Part shown: in pieces, positions 39,961 to 53,475 of the stretch
Layout: the number at the start of each line of letters is the position of its first letter
Numbering within the stretch: position 1 is the stretch's first letter
DNA from: Eledone cirrhosa
Taxonomy: Eukaryota
NCBI GenBank assembly: GCA_964016885.1
Contig: OZ024740.1
Coordinates: forward strand, 339,574,001 to 339,638,000
Reading direction: 5' to 3'
DNA: 64,000 nucleotides
Made by a program: the position numbers and the translations under genes
The notes under the pieces: generated by a model
Told to the model about the DNA's origin: nothing
The model's database searches: none
What the model saw: the letters and a program-made list of their open reading frames with translations, nothing else

Positions 39961-41221
39961 GAATGCTTGTTATTTGTATGTATGTGTGTGGGTGTTTGTG
40001 TGTGTTTGTGTGTGTTTGTGTATGTTTTCACCTCTAAAACACTATTAAGTCAGTTGATTGCTTACCATGCTGAAAAGTATAGGTTGGCATCAAGAAGGGT
40101 ATCCAGCCATAGAAATTTGCCATGGATAAAGTAGTATGCTTTATATGTGATGTGTATGTATATATGTGTACATATATATATATATAACCCATGCTAGCAT
40201 GGAGGAATGGACGTAAAATGGTGATGATGCTATATATATATATTTGTCCTCTTAGTGACAGTATAGTGAGTTGGTTTTAATTTTATTTGTATGTCATTGT
40301 CATTCTTTTGGGTATTTTAGTTTTGGATTAAATTTATTTCTTGGTTATGAGTTTAGTGAAGGCACGTGGTTGAGTGGTTAGAGAATTTGATTTCTACAGG
40401 ACTATAAATATTTCATTCATTTGACGTCATTAGTAATGGTTTTTCCAGATGATTTCAAATGAATGAAACAGTTCTAGTCCTGTTGAAGTAATTTCTTTTT
40501 AAAATAAATTTGGATGTTTGTGTGTGTGTGTGCATAATGTTTTGAATAGTTATGGACAAGAGAAAGTCACTGTCATATCACAATTACTCCAACTAGGTCG
40601 TTAGGAAAGAGAACTGCAGTTTGACATCTCTATGGCAAGTTATAACATGGTTGAACTGATAGATTTTGTCAAATTATTTATCCTGGGCACTCTGAAGAAG
40701 TAACATTTGGTTGTTTTACTAAATCTTTCCCAATTCTTGCTTATTTTCAAAATTCATTATAACACAGCTAGTATATTTCATTTAAAAGATAGTATTGAAA
40801 GGGTTAAATTTATCTAGTGCAACTGACTTGACCATAATCAACTTCTAGGATAGTACTTTAGACCTCATGTCAGGCGAATTCTATCTGTGTAGAAACCTAA
40901 TGAGAATTATTATATTCCTAAGAATTCCAAACAATCACATCTGTAATTTGTAACTTAGCAGCTACTATCAAAAGAAGTATATGTGCTTGAGATAACTAGA
41001 GGAATGTTTGTATGTAAGTTAAAAGGTTAAAATCTGACCCAAGTAGGGCAGGGGTTCACCAGGACAAAATTTATTCTGCTTTCATTGAGTTTTTTTATAT
41101 ATCATCATGGTCATCATTATTTTTCATCTGCTTTCTCCTACTTGGATGAGTTGGACAGGTACTTTACATACATACATACACACACATATACATACACACA
41201 CATATACATACACACACATAT

Positions 41222-41299
<78 letters not shown>

Positions 41300-42317
41300 C
41301 ACCTAGCCCACAATATGAAGTGGTAGTACTGGTATCACAAAAAGCACCTAGTCCACCCTAGTAATGCACAAAAATGAACCTGGTAAATGATGTGAAGTTG
41401 TTGGCATTAGGAAGGACATCCAGCTATAGGAAACCTGTCAAAATAGAACATATGAGCAAACACAATCATCTAACCTGTTTAGCCTCAGAACATGACAATG
41501 GGTCTAACACATGCAAGTATATAAAATAAATGTATAAAACAATGATATATATATACAAATACAGAGTGTACAGAGAGAGAGGGGGGAGAGAAGAGAGAAA
41601 ATGTTAATAAATCAACAAACACAACATGAAAATTTGAATAAAACAGTAATGTTTAGTTATTGATCACTATTAATATTGCTGCAGTCTAGATTTTTCTGCT
41701 AAACAATACTTTCACTTAACTTCAAATTTGATGAAGACTACATCTTTCTTTCTTTCATTTCATTTATGTTTCATATTTTCAATATTAGTCCAGCAATTGT
41801 TCAAGCCCTCTACCATGAAATATGGTCCTTCAGCATCACTTGTATACTGAAAATCATGAGGAAAAAACAGAAATATTCTATATATTGAAGGAGTTATAAA
41901 GTGTTCATCTTTGCTAAAGTACAATTCTATTAACTTCAGTAAAAAAATTATATATATATATATATTATATATATATGTGTGTGTGTGTATATATGTATGT
42001 GTGTGTGTTTTAAATACTGACTGTCAGTCAGAAGTGAAAGAATAGTATGTCAGATATAGATGTGAATAGTGTCTTGTACTGTTTGTACTTTCACTTGTAA
42101 CTGATATCGCCTTTCAAAAAAAGTATCAATTCTATATAGATGTTTGTTTGTTTTTTTATACAATCTAATATATATTTACCAATATCTACTCTTGTCAATG
42201 ATATTTTTAGTCTTGTTTTTTGTTGGTACTTTTTTATACTGGCAAAAAATATATAAGAGAATATATATATGTATGTATATCATCATCATATATATGCATA
42301 TATATATATACATATAG

Positions 42318-44080
42318 ATCATCATCATCGTCGTTTAACGTCTATCTTCCACGCTAGCATGGGTTTAGATGGGAATTGTCCCACGTGAGGCAAAATTAGT
42401 TGTCTTGCTCGTATATAGGACTGTCTGGTGGGGTTTTCTACGGCTGGATGCCCTTCCTAACACCAACCACGTTTACAGTGTGGACTGGGAGGTTTTTACC
42501 GTGTTACCTACACGGCCACATTACAGCGTGGACTGTGTGTTTTTTTGTCGTGACACCTACATGACCTTATTTATTTAGGACTGGATGTTGTGGCACCAAT
42601 ATAACTTTAGGTGTAGATGGGGGTGGAGGTAAGGGTTGTGAGGTGGGGGTGTATTTTTGGTTAGGAGGAGCCTACTGACTGTAGGTTTCACTTTATACTT
42701 AGGCACGGTGGGTCTTCTGTATTACTGTGTAGCGCCAAAGATCTCAGTCCATGACATTGTCTTGGAGAGGTGTAAGTGTGTAAGGTTGGAATTTATCAAA
42801 TCGTCCCAGGTTTTTCTGGATCTGCCTACTCCGTAGCTTTCATCTATTCTGATCGCGCTGCACTTTTTTATACAGCTGTCATCTTTCATGCGCATCACAT
42901 GACCATACCAACGTAGTCTTCTCTCGAGTAAACAGCATCTGATCCCTCTTATTCCTAATTTCTCACTTAGTTCATTTATGCTTTGCCGTTCACGTATATC
43001 TATTACACATCCAACAGAGCATGCAAGCTTCGTTCCTCTCCAGTCAGCACAGATCCTCTGCACACAATGCCCATGTCTCACTGCCATGTAACATTGCTGA
43101 TCATATGCAGGCATCATACAGTCTGCCTTTCATTTTTAGGGAGAAACCTTTAGAGGCAAATAGTGGTATAAGCTCTCTGAACTTTTTCCATCCCGTTCTG
43201 ACTCTCACTACTGTACTTTCAGAGCACCCTCCACCACTGCTGATTTTGTCACCCAGGTAACGGAAGGTGTCTACTATTTCTATAGAACCATCTGGGCAAT
43301 GGAAGGAGCTAGTATCCTGTGGGCACTTGCTACTACTTATTGCACCTGAGCACCGGCCACATATAAAATCTATGTTCTTGGTTAGTTTACCTGTGATCCC
43401 ACTACATCTTTTATGCACCCATACTTTGCATTTGGGACATAAAATGGAGTTTCTGCCTACTCCTTTCCTACACACTGAGCATGGCCATTTCCCAGAGGGG
43501 ACCAGTGCCCTATTTTCCTTCCTACATACTAGAACTTTAGTCTTAGACAAGTTAATTTTAAGGCCTTTTGATTCTAGGCCATGCTTCCATGTTTGGAATT
43601 TCTTCTCTAGTTCAGCCATTGATTCAGCTATGAGCGTTAGATCATCTGCGTATAGAAATTCCCATGGGCAGCTAGTCTTAAACTCCTCTGTTTTAGCCTG
43701 AAGGGCAATAATAAAAAGGAGGGAGCTAAGGACAGAGCCCTGATGAACACCAACTTTTACGCTAAATTCTTCACTATATTCGTTGTTAATTCTAACCTTG
43801 CTGACTGTTTCTTTATACATGGCTTGTATAGCTCTCACGAGCCATTCATCAATACGTAGTTTTCTAAGAGCCCACCATATAATGGAGCGGGGGACTCTGT
43901 CAAAGGCTTTCTGCAAGTCAACAAAAGCTAAGTATAGGGGTTTACTTTTAGCTAGGAACTTCTCCTGTAGTTGTCGTACAAGGAAAAGAGCATCTGTGGT
44001 GCTTTTACCTGACACAAACCCAAACTGCATTTCATCTAGATCAATTCGCTCTCTGATTAGTTGCGCTATAACTTTTTCTG
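42318..44080 (-). mobile_element. 5'-truncated RTE-clade LINE, frameshifted near the C-terminus
   Basis: ORF 43101..44030 with QFGF, DLQKAFD, HQGS, YADD, PHD-like insert and FRYLG; 3' UTR and (GAT)n tail; colinear with 5591-7360. Confidence 0.95.
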
Positions 44081-44148
44081 GATATATAGATATATTGTAT
44101 ATATGTACATGTATATATATATATGAATATATATATAAATATATGTAA

Positions 44149-44187
<39 letters not shown>

Positions 44188-45091
44188 TAATCATTTAAAG
44201 TTCATTTTCCACGTTAGCATAGGTTAGACAAGTTGTCCCATTGTGAGACAAGCCAGATCAGATGATCATGTCTTGCTCACACGGAACTGATTTAGGTTTG
44301 GTTTCTATGGCTGGTTGCCCTATATATATATGTGACTAAACCAGCTCTCCCACTAGATCCTGGTCTGGTGAGGAGGGTAAGTGGAACCCCAGCAGCACAA
44401 AAACAAGAGCTGTTAATGCCCTCTCCCCTCCACACACACACACACACCCTAACTATGGGTTAAATAGCCTCATCAACCTGCAATTAACCAAGCATTGTGA
44501 GTATGGCTACATCCACTGGAGAGGTTAAACTCCATGACAATAACACATGCAATTCTTGTAACTGTCTTGTTATCTTGCCTTGGCTTGTCACTGAACACAT
44601 CTGAGCTTAATCAATAAAAACCTCAATGTGATCTTAATGTATACCCTCTTCTGTAGCATATAATGCTGATATGGGTACCTTCTTCAGTAAACCACGAATC
44701 TACTGAATCACCTAATATCAGAGACAAACTCATATATGAAACATAGCTGACGACCTTTCGATTACAGAGTCAGGTTCGATCTGTAATAGATCTTGCCTCG
44801 AGCTGATCGATAGAGAAAAATATGTAATATGTTATTAAATATGGTATGATGCAACACTGAATCCTTGTTCCTTATCATTATAATATATATATATATATAT
44901 TAGTGAAAGTAGAAGATCACCACAAATCAGAGAATTACTCTATATGTGGTATGATCCCGAGTGGGTATTGGTGAAAATAGTGGATCCTCTACTTTCACTA
45001 ATATACCCTCTCTGCATCATACCATTTATCGAGTACTTCTCTGATTTGTGGTCTTCCTGGTCCCTATACTGCAGACTATCAAAAAAAGAAT

Positions 45092-45597
45092 CCCAGAAAA
45101 ACCTGGGATGACTTGATAAATTCCAACCTCACACACACACCTCTCCAAGACAATGTCACTGGACTGAGATCTTTGGCGCTACACAGTAATAGAGAAGACC
45201 CGCCTTACCTAAGTACAAAATGAAACCTACTACAGTCAGTAGGCACCTCTAACAAAATACACCCCCGGCCCACTACCCCCACCCCATCCACACCACCCCT
45301 TTCAATGTAAAGTTATGTTGGTACCACAACATCCAGCCTGAAACAAATGAGGTCGTGTAGATGTCACGACAAAAAAAACACACAGTCCACGCTGTAATGT
45401 GGCCGTGTAGACAACACGGTAAAAACCTCCCAGTACATACTGTAAATGTGGTTGGTGTTAGGAAGGGCATCCAGCCGTAGAAAACCCTCCAGACAGTCCT
45501 ATGCGAGCAAGACAACCACTCTTGCCTCAAGTGAAAAAACTCCCGTCCAAAACCATGCAAGCGTGGAAGATGGACGTTAAACGATGATGATGATGAT
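45092..45597 (+). mobile_element. RTE LINE 3' end (last codons and 3' UTR)
   Basis: Reverse complement of 5591-6100; (GAT)n tail. Confidence 0.9.
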
Positions 45598-45719
45598 ATA
45601 TATTCAATATTACAACAACAAAAAAATGGGATCTACCATTGTCTCTCCAGCATCCAACAAGTCATTATTTTATATTATGCTGCTGTTGTATTGTTCTCAG
45701 TGCACATAATAGCAAGAAA

Positions 45720-45808
<89 letters not shown>

Positions 45809-46340
45809 GTGTAAGTATGTATGTATGTAGTATATGATTAAGAATATATTTCTTTCACGTGTTCCTATCTTTTTCAAAGAAGCATACTAAAGCATTAATA
45901 TTATAGCTTAAAACTTACATCATACAAATGCAGTATGTGTGGGGGAATAAACAAAAAAGAATGTTACCACTTCTTCATATCATGTACGCAAAATTGATAA
46001 GTACAAAGAAAGAAAAATGGATGCATATCTCATTGGTAAAATAACAGGATTTGCAGTAGGAATTGATATTATCATATAGAATATAACTTCAGTCCTGTAG
46101 GATTAGCATACAGATTTTTTTTTAAATATGAATATGATTAAAGACGTCTTTAAATGTAAAAAATATATACAGGAAACATTGATATGTACAGCAATATCGT
46201 ATTGAAATATAATAGTTGAAATAAGCAGATAATCTTAAAATACTTGGTTTGGAACTAATCCAGTCAATGGGATTACTTCTTAATCAAATTCATTTACTGA
46301 GAAAAAAGTATTCAACTAACTACAATTCTCCCTCTCTCTA

Positions 46341-46384
<44 letters not shown>

Positions 46385-46814
46385 ATATCTGTATGGATAT
46401 GTAAAGTGGCTGACAATTGTAGACTACATGGGGTGGAGCGGGCTCTTTAGTCATGTTGAGAACTTGACAACCTCGCTAGTGCTGGTGCCATGATAAAATG
46501 CACTAAATACACTTTATAAAGTAGTTGACAATAAAGCAGAGAATATATGGTAGAGAGAAATCTTTAGTCATGTAGAGGACTTGACAACCATTCTGGTTCT
46601 GGTGCAATGATAAACTACGCTTAATACAGTTTGTAAAAGGGATGATGTTAGGAAAGGTATTGAGCTGTAGAAACCATACCAGAAAATGGAATGTACAAAT
46701 AAGATATGGTTGTATGACCTGTCTAGAAAAGCAGTAACTTCAAATAAAAACTGATTCAAACTGTAACAACCTGTCCAACTCAGTAATGAAAGTGAATATG
46801 ATGAAATTGATGTG

Positions 46815-47560
46815 TGTAATCTCCCTTAAATATTAGATCCTAGAACTAGCCCATATCTTCACCAATATCTTTAATCTTGCTTTCTCCACTGGAGTGATGT
46901 AACTCAATCTGTCGAAACATCCTATAGTGTGTCCCATTCTCAAGAAGTGCAACTCTTCTGGTCCTGCCAACCACTATCCAATCCAACTTACATCTAATGT
47001 CTCAAATGTGCTAGGCCTCATCATCCATATGAATCTCTCTTGACAAATACACATCCTCAATATTGTCAAAACTTATCACAAATATTAAGCCTTTTCCTTC
47101 AGTGCCAGAAAATACTTCAGCCTCTAACAACTGCTCTCCCATTACAATATTCAAGTGAGACCCCAATGGAGTATTGCTCCCTAATCTGGAACAGGGCTGT
47201 TAATACACACACAAACATCATAGACAGTATCCAGAAGAAGGCCACATGAGTAATAACCATGGTATTGCTCACTAACACACCAATCTCTGGCTCACAGAAA
47301 TGCTGTCTCTTCTTTCTCTCCTTGCTACTGCTCATGTTGTGGCCTCTACTCCTCAGTTCTGGCTGTTTTCATGTCACCTCAATTGAGTCATTCATGTTCC
47401 ATCTGTTTCATTCCTATTGTGTTCACATTATCATTCCAGAGTCTGCACTGACCCCCTACAGTAAATCCTCCCCCACTACAATTTTCCACCACCTTGATAT
47501 ACCTAACTGCATGTTTTTTACTTTAACCATCAACTTTTGAAGTGTTCAGTGCAAAATTAA
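46815..47560 (+). pseudogene. Degenerate, internally deleted CR1/L2/Jockey-group LINE RT fragment
   Basis: Translated remnants ELAHIFTNIFNLAFSTGV, VCPILKK..SS.PANHYPIQLTS and MEYCSLIW...IDSIQKKA. Confidence 0.7.
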
Positions 47561-47731
47561 CATTCTCAGTGGTTTAGGAGAGTCTCCAAAGACCATGATC
47601 ACAGATGAAATATCTAATATATGTAATATGTGTGCTGCAAAGGAGATGACAAAGGAAAGAAACAAGTGGAGAGATGTATTGGAAAAACAGATGTAAAAAT
47701 AATACAGATGGTGATCACACACACACACACG

Positions 47732-47776
<45 letters not shown>

Positions 47777-47777
<1 letters not shown>

Positions 47778-48114
47778 ATTTCATTTCATTTCATTTCATT
47801 TTCCGTCCGCTTTTTCCCTGCTTGCAAGGGTGGGACGGGAACTGATTCTGGCTTGATTTCTACAGATGGATGTCCTTCCTAACACCAACCTCATTTACAG
47901 TGAGTGCTGGGTGCTTTTTGCCGTGGCACTTCCACAACCACTTTGCAGTGGAATGATATGGACCCCAGTCCCTATCATCTCATTTCTACAGCTGAGTAAA
48001 CTGGAGCAATGTGAAATAAAGTGTCTTGCTCAAGGAAACAACACATCACCCGGTCTGAGAATTGAACTCACAACCTTTCGATTGCAAGGCCAATGCTCTA
48101 ACCACTAAGCCATG
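47777..48114 (-). mobile_element. tRNA-derived CORE-like SINE with RTE-like tail
   Basis: Close reverse complement of 1493-1830; (CATTT)n tail. Confidence 0.9.
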
Positions 48115-48280
48115 TATAACCAGGGTATATATATATAATGTTGTACAATGAAAACAAATAAGACAAGTCTTAGTGGTTAATTAATCCTTTGTTTTATGAT
48201 CATTTCAGAGGGCAAAATAAACAAAAAGATGTTCAATATACTGACTGTTAAGTCCTGCCTTAATTAAGAATATTATTAAA

Positions 48281-48464
48281 TTGGCAGTATCGGTAGAGGG
48301 TTGGACGCCATGTTGTCTAGCATAGTTACATCCCTTTACAGTCTGAGTTCAAATCCCGCCGAGGTTAACTTTGCCTTTCATCCTTACGGGGTCGATAAAA
48401 TAAAGTACCAGTAATGTACTTGGTAATTGCTGGCCTTGTGCCTAAAGTAGAAACAATTATTAAT
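48281..48464 (+). mobile_element. tRNA-derived SINE with Meta/MESC-like domain
   Basis: Box A tggcagtatcggtagag, box B gagttcaaatccc, gcctttcatccttacggggtcgataaaataaagtaccag, (ATT)n end; domain name assigned from memory of the consensus. Confidence 0.8.
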
Positions 48465-49232
48465 GTATGTGTATATATATATATATGTGTATATATGTGT
48501 GCGTGTGTCCGTAGTATAAGTTCTGTTAAGATTAGTTCATTCTGTTGCTTTGCTAAAACAATCTATATATATTTTCAGGCAATGAAAAATTCCCCATAAT
48601 TTGTTGCAGCATTCAATTGGTTTCTTATCATAAATATCTTTATATCCAATTCCACTTATGTTAACACTTCCTAAATTTCCCTTCTGACAATCCACCATCT
48701 GCTATGATTTCAAGCCACTTCATCTATTCTCAACTTGCAGTCCTATAATACACTGGCTACCATTATTACACTTGTTTCTCTGAACAAATATATAGCTATT
48801 GTCCCAAGTCATGATAAATATTGGCATCACCTCACTACATGCATGCCAGTCTTTTGTTTTTTTTCTTTCAATCACAAAATATAAATGATTTTTTTTTTTT
48901 TAATCTTACCTTAAGTGAAGAAGCAAGTCCATTATTCTATGTAGTTATACAGGATTTCATGCCCCATGTGTAATTAATAGAAATTATTCACGCTTGAAAT
49001 AAGAACATTCCACTTGTCGCTTATGATATCTTCACGAAAGACAGGCTTACCATTTCCCTCATAGTAGTTGAAAACCATTAAGAAATTGCCTCCATCAGTG
49101 ACTGGAATCTTCATCTAATTCACCGTGCTTCTAGTAGAGGCTTTTATCATATTTCTGTCTGTCCCCTTGGAAGCAGGCATATTGCATATCTATAAAAGCA
49201 TCTCAAGACATGATTAATAGCTACTGTTCAGT

Positions 49233-50172
49233 TAAAAGGTTTATTAACTGAGGAAATATACTTGAAACATTAGTCATTCATTTTCTCTAAAACTGTTAAC
49301 CAATTTGCTGAAGGAATTTTCTGCCTTCAGTGGTTTTTTCTTCTTTTTTGTTGTTTTTTTAAAATAGATCTGCCACACTTTATGATGTGCATCAAGATTT
49401 ATACTTATATATATATATATATAGTGTGTGTGTACATATATGTATAATATACATCACAGTTGATGTTGTCAGATGTCTGTATAACAAAGATCATAACTGA
49501 TACTGTCAAATGTCTCTGTCATACATCACAGATGGCAGTGTTAGTTGTAAATATTACATTACATATATCACAATTGGTATGTTATATATATATGTGTGTG
49601 TGTACAAAGTAAACAGAAATAAAGCAAACGGCACAGTACAATAAAGAAATATATTAGTTTAACACTAGAAATAATAGGAAAAGAGACTTAATGTTTCAGA
49701 TACTAGTCTTTTATTAGGAAATAGAATGAGAAATAAATGATGAGATAGAAAGATAAAGAATGATAAGAAGAAGGAACTGAAAAACAAAATTGTGAATAAA
49801 ACATGTGCGTATTCAATTAGCCATTTTGGAGAAAAGTCTATCCTGCATTGGTAAATTAGTATTCCTACTGTTCTCATTGTGATACACCTCTTACCAGTAT
49901 ACACAAGTTGATTTGATTTAATTTGTTTAGCTGACATCAGATCCCTTTTCTACATCTCTTATTGTTAATTTTCATTCCTTGTTGTTCTGCACATCTTAGG
50001 AAAATTTCAGTGGCATATCAGTTTTTCTGTGAGAAGAGGTTGCTAGTGTCATACTCCAATCTTCTCTGTTTCTGACTAAAGGGATGTTGTAAGTAAAAGG
50101 TTTATTAACTGCAGAAATATACTTGAAACATTAGTCATTCATTTTCTCTAAAACTGTTAACCAATTTGCTGA
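49233..50172. repeat. 79-bp direct repeat pair (49233-49311 and 50094-50172)
   Basis: 77/79 identical, 861 bp apart. Confidence 0.9.
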
Positions 50173-51190
50173 TCACAAAGTGCAAAATTGAAATTATATT
50201 TCTGAGAAAAAGTAAGTAAAAGTAGGAGAGAAGAATCCTTCCTAGTATTTGACAAAAACTTTATTTATCTTCTCCATTAAGGCAAATTTGACCTCAACAC
50301 AGAGAACCGAAACAAGGTATTCTATCTAATACTTCCAATTCACCATCTATACCTCCTTACTTGTTGGTTAGCAATCATACAGGTATCTGGCTACAAATAC
50401 AATATACAAATCTAATGATTTATAAAAAACATTCTGTCCATGCTAACTAGGAAGAGAAACCAATAAAAGGAAAATGCAACAGAGAAAATAATAGACTGCT
50501 GACAGTTCTAAATTATTTATAACTACCATTTTTCTTCCAACTGCTTTAGAGCCTACTATAGTGTTATTGCATAGACAATATATAATACTCTTTCTGCATT
50601 ACATATGTGAAATATGAGAAAAATATCTATATATTTGCCTCAGTCTTCATTTTACTTTGGACTGATTACTGCTTAAATATGTCCTCAAAATGTTACATAA
50701 TAAAATTGTTTTTATTAATGGTAAAATCAGTTCTTTAATCTCTAATCTCTTAGATATCTTAAAACCAAAACAATTCCAGCCTCCAAGTAAATAATTATTT
50801 CTAGCTCTGTTTAAATGAAGAAAAAAAATTACATAATTAAACATATTAGAGTGTTTTTATCTAATGTTAATACCAATAGATTAATATTGACAATAAATTA
50901 ATAGCAACAACAACAAATAGATTATCATCGCTTAATGATGACTCAATTATCATTTTAGCGAATAAAACTTTGTTTCTATTCTAACAACATTTATCTTCAT
51001 ACTAGTCTCACTCAAGATTATTTTTTAGCCTTAACAAATAGTATTTACAAAAATAAATATATATATATACATTATAAATTTGGCAAAAACATTATTTTTA
51101 CACAAATTCTTTTTATATGATGGGAAGAAGGTGTTGGAATAATTAAAATGGTGGTAAATATAGCTTTGTTTATTACAAATTAACAATTTG

Positions 51191-51813
51191 AATAATAATA
51201 ATTGTTTCTACTTTAGGCACAAGGCCAGCAATTAACCAGTGCATTACTGGTACTTTATTTTATCGACCCCGTAAGGATGAAAGGCAAAGTCAACCTGAGC
51301 AGGATTTGAATTTGAATAATAATAATTGTTTCTACTTTAGGCACAAGGCCAGCAATTAGCCAGTACATTACTGGTACTTTATTTTATCGACCCCGTAAGG
51401 ATGAAAGGCAAAGTCAACCTCAGCAGGATTTGAATTTGAATAATAATAATAATTGTTTCTACTTTAGGCACAAGGCCAGCAATTAGCCAGTACATTACTG
51501 GTACTTTATTTTATCGACCCCGTAAGGATGAAAGGCAAAGTCAACCTCGGCGGGATTTGAACTCAGATCGTAAAGGGACGTAACTGTGCTGGAAAGCATG
51601 GTGTCCGACCCTCTACCAATACTGCCAATAATAATAATTGTTTCTACTTTTGACACAAGGCCACCAATTACCCAGTTCATTACTGGTACTTTATTTTATC
51701 GACCCGGTAAGGATGAAAGGCAAAGTCAACCTCGGCGGGATTTGAACTCAGATCGTAAAGGGACGTAACTATGCTGGAAAGCATGGCGTCCGACCCTCTA
51801 CCGATACTGCCAA
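51191..51813 (-). mobile_element. Head-to-tail array of four Meta-like SINEs (two full, two 5'-truncated)
   Basis: Units start at about 51191, 51315, 51439 and 51627 (124, 124, 188, 187 bp). Confidence 0.92.
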
Positions 51814-53427
51814 ATGGCGATAGATGTCATAGACTTATAGTTAAGAAAAAATGACAACTGTGCCTTTCCTAAGAGCCTAACTTGTAATTTACCAATTTGA
51901 AATTAAAACTAGTTTGTCAAATGACTAAAGATTCCCATCCACCTGAAAATGCCTTTACTCTTAGTTCCTACTCTCCTAGAGTAGTCTTTCCAATATGTAT
52001 GTTTGGCAAACACTGGACTGACAATGGAAATCTAAAACCACTGGGAATAATTGTTTGTATATATATGATGTAAGGCAGAGGGTTATTGTGCCAGTTATTA
52101 TTTAGAGCTCCTGCTCTCCTTTGTTTCAACATGAGAAGATCCCTTGATGTGCAATTAGGGTAAAACCCATCTCATATATTGTGGAGTTTGTTCTGTCAAT
52201 ATGTATACCTGAAGTGAGAATCCACATTACCACATGATGTTGGGAAGGGTTAAACTACCATTTCAGACATTATTTTAATGCTATTGACAATAAAAATCTT
52301 ACCTGGGCCTTGATTGCTTTTAGTAGTGTATACTCTATTTACAGCATTCAGGCCAGGTTTCTGAAAATGACTTCCTTTCTCTCACTAGTCTCAGGACACC
52401 ATGAAATGAGTTATGAGTACTGCTCTTCTTTATTTGAAGTAAGCCATTAAAAAAATGGCTTGTATATGTGCTCTGTAGGTGGAGGGAAGAATCTTAGGCT
52501 AATGATGATATTTTCTATTAAGGAGCTACTAGTAAGTTATGTAGTTCTCGTAACAATAATTACTTAATTGCTGACATTTCCAACTATAAAACCAATAAGA
52601 CTAGAAGCTTTTTTGATACTCTGTACATTTATTTGTTAACAATAACCTGTTTATTGTTTTTTTACTCTCTGTACATTAATAATGTTAATAGGTAAGTTAC
52701 ATTAATATGTAATTTATCTATTGTTTTTTATGTGGATAGTCTCATCATTATCATTGTCATCATTGTTTATCATTTGTTTTCCCTGCTAGCATAGGTTGTG
52801 TCTCTGAATCATTTAATCATACAATTAGGGTAATGAGGATTGTTTGTAAAATATAGATAGAGGTTCTGGAATTTTTGAAAACTTCTTGATAAAATAAGTC
52901 CAGGAACCACTGCTTTGAACAATTCTATATTCCTGTGCCAACCAATGTTCAACCTTGTATATTAACTCAGTGATTTTTTCATCACTACTTAGGCAAATAA
53001 TGGGTAAGCTATATTTTGTTGATAAGGCTAGAAAAAAGCCAAAATGTTTCCAAATGTTTTCTCACAGATGTGCCAGAAAAATGAATATAATATTAGATCA
53101 CTTATGTATTTATTACTGTGTAATCAGGAAAAAGAAGACAGTGCTCATGACAATTTTCAGGGCCTCTGGGACTGGTAGAAGGGAAGGAGGAAGGTATCCT
53201 CAAACTCAGACCCACAATAGAGTTAACTCTGCTAAAAGCACCCAAGGGGTGATGGATTAAGTTTGCCACCTAATTAGGCCACAGTGGTATTTGAGTTCAG
53301 AATGCATCTCCTCTGCTGCTCTAACAATTTCAATAATCTACTGACCTAAATTATTATATTCTTTTGTTGATCTCAATACCAGTCCACTACTGGAGTTGAT
53401 TTTTCCTATATATCCCTTTCTCGCTGC

Positions 53428-53475
<48 letters not shown>

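Noticed and set aside
44334-44412. Possible HDV-like ribozyme (CAGCTC/GAGCTG, TCT-CCCACT-AGA, downstream GG)
   Set aside because: P1, P2 and P3 cannot all be formed without overlap; would need a family consensus to support
49245-49278. CTGAGGA..GAAA..TA hammerhead-like core in the 79-bp repeat
   Set aside because: No stem I pairing, only 2-bp stem II, and the second copy lacks the core
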